From Gordius albopunctatus (lineage: Eukaryota), in assembly GCA_964276515.1 (NCBI GenBank), contig OZ193909.1, positions 20,460,001-20,524,000 on the forward strand: DNA of 64,000 bases. The letters are read 5' to 3'. Within the stretch, counting starts at the first letter, position 1, and every line of letters starts with the position of its first letter. Shown piece by piece: positions 13,641-25,247 of the stretch. Under the pieces are notes generated by a model. It was given only the letters and a program-made list of their open reading frames with translations, had not been told where the DNA came from and made no database searches. Made by a program: the position numbers and the translations under genes.

Positions 13641-14240
13641 CGGAAGATCGGAAAAACACTTAAATACCGAGATATGGCTCAATCTAAAATTTTTATCCCC
13701 ATAGTAGTTTCCTGTTGCGCCACTTTTGGCAAGAAAGCATTAGCGTTTTTTAAATTGATAGGAAAGAAATCCCTAAAGCCAAATACTCAGGCAGCTTTAT
13801 TTTACCTCAAAAAATTAGCGTTTTAATCGAAAAATATAGTTATAATAAATCTGAACTCTGACACAACATGGCTCTTCGGATTAATAATTTTTTATTTATA
13901 TCATTTTATGCTCGTTTACTGCAAATTTCGTGGATTATTTTTATCTAATAAAAGCATTTTAATAACATAAAGTAAACTTTTTGAAATAAAAAAAATAGTA
14001 ACTACTATTAGTGCTGTAAAAAGAGCTGGGATTTGATTAGTCGAACTTTGGTTAAATTAAAACTATGGGCTGACTTAACAGAAGTAGACCGAATCCTCTG
14101 GTCTGCCTTTTCAAATTTCGACTCGGGCTCGAGGTCTTTTTTTGAGGTCGACTAAACAGCACTCCGGTCTTTTTACAACACTAGTGTAACTATAAAGGAC
14201 TCTTTTTCTCCGGTAGATTAAGTGAACCTTTAGGGATTAA

Positions 14241-14403
14241 CATGGACGTAGCCAGGGGTGGCAAAGAGGGGCGACTGCCCCCCCTCTAAATCCAACAAAT
14301 CTTCAAAATTTCATATAATTCTGGCTAAAATTTCAAAAAATATCATTTTGCACTTCCCTAAATCATTATTGCCCCCCCCCTAATCCAATCCTGGCTACTG
14401 CCG
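14241..14403. mobile_element. Short GC-ended MITE family (~160 bp); further copies at ~22695-22856 and ~47161-47310, plus fragments
   Basis: TIR-like ends CATGGxCGTAGCCAG...CTGGCTACGCCCATG with internal C/G runs recur through the window. Confidence 0.6.
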
Positions 14404-14698
14404 TATATTATGAGCTCTATCCGAATGCTCATGCACGGAGGAAACGGTTATAATTATTTTACTTAATTCAAAGTAAACCTCTTATAAATGAAATAGATGG
14501 GAGGACACTTTGTTTCAATAGCGAGTGACCTTCAAATGGATTAGTATATTTAAATTTATCAATATTTTTGCAATGTTTTGTTTTATAATTATGAATCGAC
14601 CATTAGACTAAATGACATTTTATATAAATTGGAATTTATAAAAATTATGGGTAAAATTTTATAGAATCATCATTTAGCTCTTTCCTATTTATCCAATC

Positions 14699-15032
14699 AT
14701 AGCTGTTAGGCATCTATGATTGGACCTGTGGGTTCCGACAGGGCATGCCCTGTTATCCCCCACAGCGTTTATTAGTAATATACTCATAAACAAAAATAAC
14801 TACAGGCAAGCAAAGTGTAAAGTACTAAGTTATGAACGACGAGCGAGGTGTGACATGAATCATGCGAAGAAGGAGAAGTGGCGCGCGCGTCGATAAATGT
14901 AATAGATACAACAGCTGGTGGCGAAAATTTATATATACTTGTAAGGAATAAATGGGAGAAAAGGTGTTATAAGGTAAAACGTATAACGCGAAAATTCCAA
15001 AGAGCGTTGGTTTAGTCAGCGGTTTTCCTTTT
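14699..15032. repeat. Left arm of the 334-bp terminal inverted repeat
   Basis: Reverse complement of 17868-18201; no mismatch seen by eye. Confidence 0.95.
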
Positions 15033-15052
15033 ATAGGTGCGTATGATAGTGC
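14925..15052. repeat. 128-bp direct repeat, 3' copy
   Basis: Identical by eye to 17694-17821. Confidence 0.95.
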
Positions 15053-15184
15053 GTGCAAGGGTTTAGTTCTGTTCTACACCTTCATTTATGGAAATTTCGC
15101 CTCCAGCCCAAGTTGACCAATCAAAGAGGTCCTCTTCTTCGAAAACGTCTGGGATGGTTTCGCTCTCAGGTGGCTCTCCCGATA

Positions 15185-17097
15185 CTATGGATGGGACGGT
15201 GTATCTTTCAGGGGGGAGCCAGGTGCGTGATGGATAGTCGGCCGGGTTTTCTTCCGTCGGTATCCACTTAATATTGTACCTTATGGCCAGCAGGGCATTG
15301 AGCCCGTACTCCTTTACGAACCGTGAAATGAGTTCCTCGATAATTGGAGAGTTTGACCCCCCCCTTCATCAGGACGTAGTATGCGGTTGTCGAGTCGGTG
15401 CGGATCCTTGGGAAGGGGGTTCCTCCGAATCTAGCGACCAGGTACCCGTATATTGCTCCCAACGTTTCGCACAATGTGATGTGGGGATCCGGGGGGAGCG
15501 TGAAATTGAGTGCCGCGTCCTCGAACGTAATGGACAAGTTGCTGGTTCCCCATGTTATGCCGATGTGTTCGCTCGATGCGTCGGTGTAGACGGTTAGGTC
15601 CGGGGGAACGTATAATGGGATTCGTTGTCTCAGGGATGTAATTATGGCAAGGAGCTTGAAGCAGGCATGGTTCATGTTGAATAGCCTTGACCGGTCTGAT
15701 AAGTACGCGTAGAAGGGAGCTAGAAGCTTTGACATACCTGTCAGGTTGTATAGGAAGTAGTTGAGCACTCCCAGTGCTTCCAGTAGGATTTGGGTGGGTG
15801 GTGGTGTGTTAGTCGCAAAGGCGAAGAATAGTATGTCAGCCGCGTATTCTAGTCTGGTGATCACCTGTGGGGTGCATCTGATCGAGTGGTCGATGAATGA
15901 TAGGTTTAGGCCCAGGTACTCGATGTCGCGTGTGGGAAGAATTGAGGATTTTCGTGCGTTTATCGTCAACCCCCACTCCGAGGCTAGAGTGAACATGGAT
16001 TCTAGATCCTCTTGTACGTCTGCGTGTGTGTCTCCATATATCAGGATGTCGTCTAAATAGACGTTGTATTTGCACTTGCGTACTGCCTTTTTGGTGAGAT
16101 CAGATACAACCATTTGTAGGACGTATGGGGAGTAGGACGCTCCCATGGGTAGAACCTTGTATCTGTATTTACGTGTTTTATATGTATAGGCGGCGAATTT
16201 GCGGGCCGATACGTTTAGCGGGATGCTGAAGAAGGCAGCTTTTAGGTCGATTTTGGCGACCCAATTTGCTCTGCTCAGCTGTCTAGATGTAAGGGGGATG
16301 GATGCCAGTTTGACCGGGTAGTGTATGTAATTTTTAGATACCTGAGAGAGGTCCGTAATTACCCTGGCATCCCCGTTGGTTTTTGGAATAAAGAATGTTG
16401 CCGATTTTATTATTTCTTTCTCCGTTACTTCCACGACGTCTGCGTCGACCATTGTCTGAAAGTATTCCGGTTTTACTCTCGATATGGCTTTTCTCCGGGA
16501 TGTGAGGAATATGCCATTATGTTCCCGAATTTTGTTCATATCGAATCTCGGGGTGAATCCCTTCCGGGCTATCCGCCTTGTGAATGGGGATTGAGAATGA
16601 TGTGGCCGAAGTTTTGAGGTGGAAATGTCTAGCTGACCGGTGGGAGATGGGAGCTGGGGCTCTTTATTCCACCGGAAAATAGATTTGTGGAGGCCAAAAA
16701 TGGGAAGCGTTTCCGATCCCATTTCCCGACCGAAGGCGGCCTCCACCTGTTGTATACGCTGTTCGACTTCAGGGGCAAGAAAGAATATATTGGAATAATC
16801 CATATTTGTAGGCAATTGGATCGCTCCCGTCGCCCCTGACGGGAGTTCAGATGGGGAAAAGATCCAGCGGCGCGTCTCCCTTATTTGGAAAATAATGCGT
16901 GCGAGCCAGCGAGGGGACCTGGATGTGTTTCCCTTATCGAGAAGCGATACGCCCGAGGGCCCGACTTTCCAGGATCCTGCCAGAGCCTTAATTCTGCGCC
17001 TTACTCCTGGCAGAGGCCGGCGTCTTTTTGACGTGGCGGCTCTTTGGGAGGCTTCTGCCTCTGCCAGCGCCAGGAAATAACTGCCTTCTTGGCTGGA
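15185..17097 (-). CDS. Reverse transcriptase-RNase H polymerase; one frameshift in a G8 run at 15357-15364
   Basis: Motifs FFIPK..RVITDLSQVSK, IDLKAAFFSIPL, LPMGASYSPY, YLDD, IEYLG, VYTDAS, HITLCE and RTDS. Removing one G restores KWIPTEENPADYPSR and a stop at 15185-15187. The frame is stop-free up to 17097; the first ATG is at 16803. Confidence 0.88.
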
Positions 17098-17674
17098 CTA
17101 CCTCCAGGTTAGGGATATTCCAGTCTTCTGCGAATGACTTGTCGTTCCTGATTGCTGTGGCCCAATTGAAATTGATTGCCGTAGCGAGTGTCGTGAGGCG
17201 CGCTGTGGTTTCTTTAAGTAAGGCTTCAGGGGATTCCTCTGATAAGGTTTCCGCGACCAGGAATATGTATTGACTCTCTTTCCTGTCTCTTTGTGAGACC
17301 TTGGTCGGGAATTGTGCCATGAGATCTTTCAACTTGTTGATTTTATCTTCGATCTCTTTTAGCTTCTCCGCCGGGGTCTTTTGGACCGGTTCCGGCTGTA
17401 CTATGTTTATAGCGGGCGGAGGAGCGGCTCTTTGGACATTAAGTTGTTGGATGAGGGTGGCAATTGTTTGCTGTGACTGGTTGAATTGTGCTTGTGCCCT
17501 CCTATTTTGGTCCGCTATGACCCTTAGGACTTCTGTCATGTCCGGGGGGTCTTCCCCCCTACCCGACGGAGTTGGAGAGCCGTCCCTAGATGAGCTCTCT
17601 TCATGTGGAGGGGGTTTTAACGCCGGGAAAGGCTGCGCCGCAGGTGTCACGGGGTTTCGTGCTGGTCTTACCAT
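16988..17674 (-). CDS. ORF1, gag/core-like nucleic-acid-binding protein (228 aa)
   Basis: Intact ATG ORF upstream of pol; Pro-rich N-terminus, predicted coiled-coil/helical middle, Arg/Lys-rich C-terminal tail; no CCHC knuckle. Confidence 0.75.
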   Translation of the reverse strand: MVRPARNPVTPAAQPFPALKPPPHEESSSRDGSPTPSGRGEDPPDMTEVLRVIADQNRRAQAQFNQSQQTIATLIQQLNVQRAAPPPAINIVQPEPVQKTPAEKLKEIEDKINKLKDLMAQFPTKVSQRDRKESQYIFLVAETLSEESPEALLKETTARLTTLATAINFNWATAIRNDKSFAEDWNIPNLEVVQPRRQLFPGAGRGRSLPKSRHVKKTPASARSKAQN

Positions 17675-17693
17675 ATTTCTCCTGAAAATTTAT

Positions 17694-17821
17694 AAATTTA
17701 TATATACTTGTAAGGAATAAATGGGAGAAAAGGTGTTATAAGGTAAAACGTATAACGCGAAAATTCCAAAGAGCGTTGGTTTAGTCAGCGGTTTTCCTTT
17801 TATAGGTGCGTATGATAGTGC
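17694..17821 (-). promoter_or_regulatory. 128-bp direct repeat, 5' copy, containing a TATA-like box
   Basis: Minus-strand CCTATAAAAGG lies about 125 nt upstream of the ORF1 ATG. Confidence 0.6.
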
Positions 17822-17867
17822 ATTTAAGCCATCCTTTTTGAATCCGGGCATTGATTTCAGTTGCGCA

Positions 17868-18201
17868 AAAAGGAAAACCGCTGACTAAACCAACGCTCTT
17901 TGGAATTTTCGCGTTATACGTTTTACCTTATAACACCTTTTCTCCCATTTATTCCTTACAAGTATATATAAATTTTCGCCACCAGCTGTTGTATCTATTA
18001 CATTTATCGACGCGCGCGCCACTTCTCCTTCTTCGCATGATTCATGTCACACCTCGCTCGTCGTTCATAACTTAGTACTTTACACTTTGCTTGCCTGTAG
18101 TTATTTTTGTTTATGAGTATATTACTAATAAACGCTGTGGGGGATAACAGGGCATGCCCTGTCGGAACCCACAGGTCCAATCATAGATGCCTAACAGCTA
18201 T
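17868..18201. repeat. Right arm of the 334-bp terminal inverted repeat
   Basis: Reverse complement of 14699-15032. Confidence 0.95.
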
Positions 18202-21197
18202 TAAACACGACAAGCATGGATAATTACCAATTTTTAAATAAAACTTAGCATTTTCTTCAAAATACTTTGCACCATGATTAAAAATACTTAGCATAACGAA
18301 TTTAGCATTTTTTGATAAAATACTTAGCATTTTCAATAAAAAAACTGGTGATAATTTATTTTTACTTGGCATTGAAATAGCAAACGAAACACCCATGAAT
18401 AAATAGCATTTTTTACATAAACTTCCGCAAAGATAAGACTGCAAACTTTAAATCTAAATATTTTCCTTTAAATATTATAAAACATTTCACAAATTCTAAA
18501 CATAAATTTAACTATTTAAAGAAAATACCTATATCACAAGTATCCACTGCAATTATTACTAAATTAAGAAGTCGGACAAGACAGACAGGGCGGATGGCTA
18601 ACTAAAGGTGAGAGTTCATTAAATTGCCTAAGGACCTTTCTTAATATCGGATTTTGTTGCGCGCCAAAAATCGTCGTGCGGGTTATAACATAGCCCCGTG
18701 TCTTAACTTCGAATTCACAGCAGCAGATTTACATTCCTGACGCATGACGACAGCGCCAGCGATTTTGAAAGATGCAACATTTTATGTCTTTAACTTTTTA
18801 GGTGTAACAACAGCAAAGTTTAGATTTAATCTCAGTAGAGTTTAAATAAACAAAAAGAAACGTTTTAAACTATCAAAAAACAAATTATTAATAATTAAAA
18901 CAGAGTTTGACACGTGAAATTGAATCATCGGATATTTAGACAAAGATCAATGAGCACGATTTGAATCTGAATCCGATGCCCTAAGAATTAATAATATTTA
19001 TAAGAAATCGCGAGCGCCAGGTTGACAAATACCACGGACACAAGCGTGTATTTGCTAAGCGGGGGGGCAGGGTTTTGTGGAAGGTAATGGCTAAATAATC
19101 AATAATTTCGTTTTTGTCGCACTAAACCAGTAGTTGTAGAGATTAGCTGATATCAAATGCCTCCTTCAAAATTTCTTCTAAATATTTATTAGAAAAAAGG
19201 AATTAATTTTTAAATTCGCTCTTTATTTATCCAATATGTGGTCTAAATATTTTTGCTAGATCTACTAAAAAGGAATATGATGAATTTCAATGTAAGTTTT
19301 ATTATAAAATTTGATTTATTTTAATATTTTTTGATATTTTTAATTTTTTAAATATTTTTATTCGAAATAAAATAAATTTCATAGTTTATATTTTAAAATT
19401 TATAGCAAAATGTAAGTTTTATTATAATAATTTGATTTTTATATGTTTTCTATTTATTTATGTTAAATATAAATAGAATTTTATTTTTTTTTTTATTTCA
19501 AAATTTATGACAAATGATGATATTTATATACAAATATTTATTTAAAAGGAAGATTTATATTGTTTTTTATTTTAGATGGCTTTATTAACCTTTTTTATGA
19601 GTTATAAATAAATTAATCACATAAATGGAAATCAACTAAATTAGAATTAAATAAAATTCAAGGATGTTTTATATTTTGTATAAATTGAGTTTTTAATTTT
19701 TATTTCAAAATTAATAACATTTCAAGATGTTTATGGTCAAGTATTTATTAAAAAGAAAGATTTAAATTGTATTTTTATTCTTTTAGATTGCTTTAACTCT
19801 TTTATGAGCTATAAATTAAAAAAAAACACAAAAAAAGCCATTAACTAAATTAAAAATTAAATAAAATCTAATCATAAAAGCTTTAAAGGCTTAATATTTA
19901 AAAATTTAATTTTCTAAATTAAATATATTAAAAAATTTATATATTTTTAAAAATAATTTAATTAAATAAATGGGATGCGTGTTTAAACATAACTTGAATT
20001 TAAGTGATTGTCAATTAGTGTGATTGAGAAAGGCCATTTTCCTATTTTTATTTAATTTAATTTGGTCAATCAACCATTTTTTGTTTTTTACAAAATTTTA
20101 AATTTAGATTGTAAAATAAAGATTTAATATTTGTAAAAATGAAAAACCACTTGAATGTTTCACAATTTTTATTGTTTTGATTTTATATAATAAATATTTT
20201 TTGAGCAAAAATGTTAGAAATGTTTTATTAAATTGAAATTTTTTAAACAAAATTATAATTCTTTAATTTAATTTGTAAAATACAATTTTTATATATAAAA
20301 ATGGAAAGCCACTTAAATATTTCTTAATTTTTATTATTTTAGATATTTATAAAAGGAATATTTCTTGAGAAACAATGTTAAAATGTTTTAATAAATTGAA
20401 AATAACGATTTTCAGCTCCATTTAAGATCTAGAACATCTTGATTGATTAAATATTTTGACATTTGGTGACATAAAAATGAAAGAAATCTGAAAAAAATAT
20501 TTTTAATCAATTAAAAATCGATAAATCTCTATTTTTTATTTTATTTTATATTTATTTGCTATTGTATTTTTGAAAAAAAATAAAAATTTTACAATTTAAA
20601 AATTTAATTTAATCATTTTTTTGTACTTGTTTTTATCATTTTTTGTTAATGAATAAAAAAAATCGTTTTCGTGATACAATTATAAGCTTATCGATTTGTT
20701 GCTTAAAAATAAAATTACAAAGATGACAAAATAAATAATTTAATTATTAATTTTAGTTAAGCTTCGAGTTTAAAATTAATTAAGATTGTTATTTAAATGC
20801 TAAGCAAGAAATAACAAAATGCCAAGTATTTTATGCTAAGTTTTTTTTACTGAAAATTCCAAATATTTTATTGAAAAACGCTAAGATCTTTATGCTAGGA
20901 AGAATTAAAAACTTAGCGAAATTGGTTAAAAAACTTATCAATCACGAATAAAACTTTGTAATTAAGAGAAACTGAGAATTAAAATTAATTTTTTTTATTT
21001 TAATTAATAATTTATAAAAAAAAATATATAATTTTGTCAAAAATTATAAAAACAATTATTTTAAATTTAAGTATTTTTATAATAGACCTTTTAGATAGTA
21101 TATAATATTTTAATTTCCTTAAAGAGCTATTAAATGATAGCTATTAAACTAAAGGTAATTAAAGAAAAAATCGATATAATGTTTAACCTATTATTCC

Positions 21198-21403
<206 letters not shown>

Positions 21404-21407
21404 TCAG

Positions 21408-24400
21408 ATAATGCTCCTAGGGGATTCAGGAGTAGGTAAAACATGTTTATTAGTTCGGTTTAAAGAAGGAAGTTTTCTTGGAGGAAATTTTATGACCACA
21501 GTCGGAATTGATTTTAGGGTATATTTGTGAACTTTTTTTTTATTTTTTCGCCATAATTTTAAAATTAAAATCCTATTTTAATAATTCAATTCTAATTTAT
21601 AAACTTTTATTCCAACAATATTATTAAATAAAAAAAATATTTTTAGATTAATTTAAATTGTAATTAAAATAAAAAAAAAATAATAAGTTTTTAAGATTTC
21701 GCATATTAAATTGATATTTTTATTAATAAATCAATGTTTTTGGTTATTTACTGGATAAATTCTTATATTTATATACATTAATAACTTATTAGAAGCTCAT
21801 AGACGGTTTAATTCTTCGAGGAAATGGCTAAACACTTCACTGAGATTGTTTGATTTTGGATGGCAAATATTGATAAATTTCTTTTTCTTTCCTTGCTATA
21901 TGCATTTTAAACTAAGAATTTTTTTTAATTTTGTTTTTTGGATCTAAAATAATTTACAAAAAAGTTTATAAAAGTAAAAAAAAACAATTAAAGTTTTAAA
22001 ATATAATAAATAATTCATATAATTTTATATTTTTTTATCAAACATATCTGTTATGTTTTATTTGTATATAGACTAAATAGACTGCTCATCAACTTTAAAT
22101 AAGTGTACAGTTTTTTGGCCATTTTGAAATGTGCACCAATAAGAGAAGGACATATAGATTTTAGTGATTTTGGTTAATTAAAGTGTTTTTGAAACTTAAT
22201 AAAAAATATTGAGTTAAACATTAAAAACAGCATTTTAAAATATATCATATCATTTACGAAATTCAAAAAAAATATTGTGATGATGATATGATGTTAAAAA
22301 GCAATTTAGTGCCATCTGCATTTTATTAAATAATCATTTATTAACATTCTTTTGAAAGTAGATTTACTTTTTCTTTTTTATGGGAAATAGTTGAATTCAA
22401 AATGGCGCAGTATTTAATGGCACACCATCTTGCCATATATGAAACATATGACATGAGCAGTCTATGTAGTCTAAGGATTTATATTCCTTCCCTAGGGTAT
22501 TAACTACTTATAATAATTATATATCTTATCTTAGGCAGTATTTGGAAAAAAGGAATAAATTAGTAAATTTTATTGCTATATAAAAACAATTATTATGTTA
22601 TTATTAGTTTGCTCAGTATTTTTCCAATTTTGCCAAGTTTTCTCTAAAAATGTATTTTAGTCTAGACAAGACTAAAGTGACCTTACAAATAACATAAGCG
22701 TAGCCAAAGGCAGGCAGAGAGGGGCGGCTGCCCCCCCCCTCTCCCCTAAATTCAAAAATTTGTTAAAATTAACTAAAATTATGGCCAAAATTTATCATTT
22801 TGTCCCTGCCCAAATCATTATTTCCCTCTCAAATTCCAATTCTGCCGACGCCCATGACAAATAATAAACATGAGATATTCAATTTTGTTACGGAGCGGTG
22901 GGGGGGGGTATAGATAAAACTGAGCATTATTGAATTTTTACTGAGCAATTTAATTAAAATTTATTTAAATATTATGTAAAGAATGCTTAGTACCTTATTA
23001 GTTTGCTCAGTATTTTTTTAATTTTGCCTGGTTATCTCTAAAATTATTTTTACTATGAAAATATGTATTCTAGTCTACACAAGGCTAAAAAGTGACCTTA
23101 CAAATAGTAAATTTGAAACATAAAATAAGATAAATAGTAAATTTGAAACATAAAATAAGATAGATAAATTTGTTACTGAACGGTGAGGGGGGGCGGGTTA
23201 TATAGATAAAACTGAGCATTATTGAATTTTTACTGAGCAATTTAATTAAAATTTTGTATTTGTTTCTTTATTGCCTAGAGCAAATTGATCGAAATCGACA
23301 ACGAAAAAATCAAATTGCAAGTTAATCCATTATTTATTTTTAATAAAAAAATGTATCAAATTTTTTTTAAAATTAAATTAATATTTTTTTAGATATGGGA
23401 TACAGCAGGTCAAGAAAGATATAGAAGCATTACGCATGCTTATTATAGAGATGCCCATGGTTTAAATTTATTTTTTTTCTCCAAAAAAATCATATTTATT
23501 TAAAAATATTATTTAAAAAGCTTTTTCTATGAATTAGGTTTTACAATTTTTCTAAAATATTCAAACAAAAAAGTAATTTTATCAAGCTAACTTATGCCAA
23601 AAACCTAAAAATTTCTTACATTTTTATTAATATAAACTATTTTTTTAATTTTTATAAATAAAAAATATCTAAATTTTATTAATTAAATTCTACAATTTTT
23701 CTTAGATATTAAATAAAAATGTAATTTTTTAAGCCAACTTATGCCCAAAATTTGGATTTTTAATAAAAAAGCCAATAAAATAAATTTGATTAATGCTATT
23801 CAAAAATAAGAAATATGATTTTAAATTCTCAAAAATATTTATTTATGTTTTGTATTTAGCTTTGCTCTTGCTATACGACGTGAGCTGTAAAAGCTCATTC
23901 GACAACATTCGAGTATGTTATATTGTAAAAATATTTTAAAATTATTAATAATATTTCGAAAATTTATTTAAAAATTCAAAAAATAATTTTTTAAATTAAA
24001 AATAATATTTTTTTAAAAGGCTTGGCTATCAGAAATTAAACAATACGCGTCTATGGGTGTGGTTATTTTATTATTAGCAAATAAATCTGATCTTTCACCT
24101 ACCTTGAGAAAAATAAAAAAAGAAGATGGCCTAAGAATCGCTAAAGTTAGTTTTTTATTAATTTTTATAATTAATTTTCAAAAATATTTTAGGAAAATTT
24201 AGTTTATTTTATGGAAGTTAGCGCAAAAACGGGTCATAATGTACAAGATGCATTTACTTTTGTCGCCAAGTAAAAGATTCAAATTTTTATTAATTTAAAA
24301 AAATATTTTCGTTTTTGAAATATTTTTTTACAATTTTTAATATTTTACATAAATTGGCGAAAATGAAACTTAGCAAATCCTGGAAAAAAATTGGCAAAAT

Positions 24401-24684
24401 ATTCAAAATCCTTTTTACCATTCCTTCACAACTTAAAATAAAATACGATCACAAAAACAAAAAAATTGATATATCATAAAAAAATTATATATTATTTATA
24501 ATATTTAACAAAATAAATATATTTTTTTACACATTTTTACCAAAGATGTCTACTAAATAAAGCCTATAGTCCAGCAGTATCAGATAGTCAAACTTTCAAA
24601 CTAACCAACGAATCGAGAAAATTATCAACAAATTCGATTAAAAATAAAGCTGCACATCCTTATTATTTCAATTGTTGCAGTTGA
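21408..24684 (+). CDS. Rab26: Rab26/Rab37-like small GTPase, at least 7 exons; first exon uncertain (possibly ~19277-19291, MMNFN)
   Basis: Exons ~21408-21518 ([26 protein letters not shown]), 23279-23320, 23393-23459 ([21 protein letters not shown]), 23860-23912, 24020-24146 (NKSD), 24193-24269 (EVSAK) and 24547-24684, ending in a CCS* prenylation motif. Confidence 0.88.
22076..22466. mobile_element. MITE family with TAGACTGCTCAT termini (relatives at ~30440-30790 and ~53470-53836)
   Basis: ATAGACTGCTCAT...ATGAGCAGTCTAT inverted ends; shared GTGCCATCTGCATTTT core. Confidence 0.6.
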
Positions 24685-25247
24685 CACTAAATCATTCCTT
24701 AGAGTTATGGGCAGGGGACAAATCTGCCCCGACATGAATAAAACACTATTGGTATTTATACTTTCCTTATTTCTATGTAAAATACTTATTAATTTCCATT
24801 TTAATTACCATAATAAATGATAAATATTTTATTTATAAATAAATAATTAAATCTTTCCATTTTTTATTTTAATTTTTTTTTAACTAATAGACGTTCATTT
24901 TAAAATAATTGTGTATGATACTTGCTAAAATAGTAAATCTCTAATTATTATTAGAGACTGAAAAGTAATCAAAAACACAACATTTGCTCCAAATCACATA
25001 ATGGTTTTAAATTAAAATTTTAGATATTATAATCTTGAAATATACAAAATAGGAATATTTAAATCAAATTTAATTATTAAAAAGAGGTGTTTTAACAAAT
25101 CAAAGTGCATATATAAAATCAATAACAAAAACGTTAAAAAAGTTGTGCTATAAAATGGAGATAAAAAATTGCATAGTAAAATATTTTTTGGCAGGAGCTT
25201 TTTGAGAAATAGTTCGAGATTTTCTGGCTCGGAATGTTAACTCCAAT

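Larger units (their letters stand above)
14692..18201 (-). mobile_element. Hepadnavirus-polymerase-like (HEART/DIRS-related) retroelement lacking integrase and tyrosine recombinase
   Basis: ORF1 plus an overlapping RT-RNase H ORF; 334-bp inverted repeats; 128-bp direct repeat; GC-richer than its flanks. Confidence 0.8.

Noticed and set aside
14825..15058. 77-aa ORF and its mirror at 17851-18075
   Set aside because: Both lie within the terminal repeats, have alternative starts and no motifs, and are duplicated only because the repeat is.
15274..16617. Short overlapping ORFs as an envelope or YR gene
   Set aside because: They are under 110 aa, mostly antisense, and lack RHRY catalytic residues or a long surface-protein frame.
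14692..18201. Classification as a Penelope-like or LTR element
   Set aside because: There is no GIY-YIG domain and it has an RNase H, unlike Penelope; there are no TG..CA LTRs, PBS, protease or integrase.
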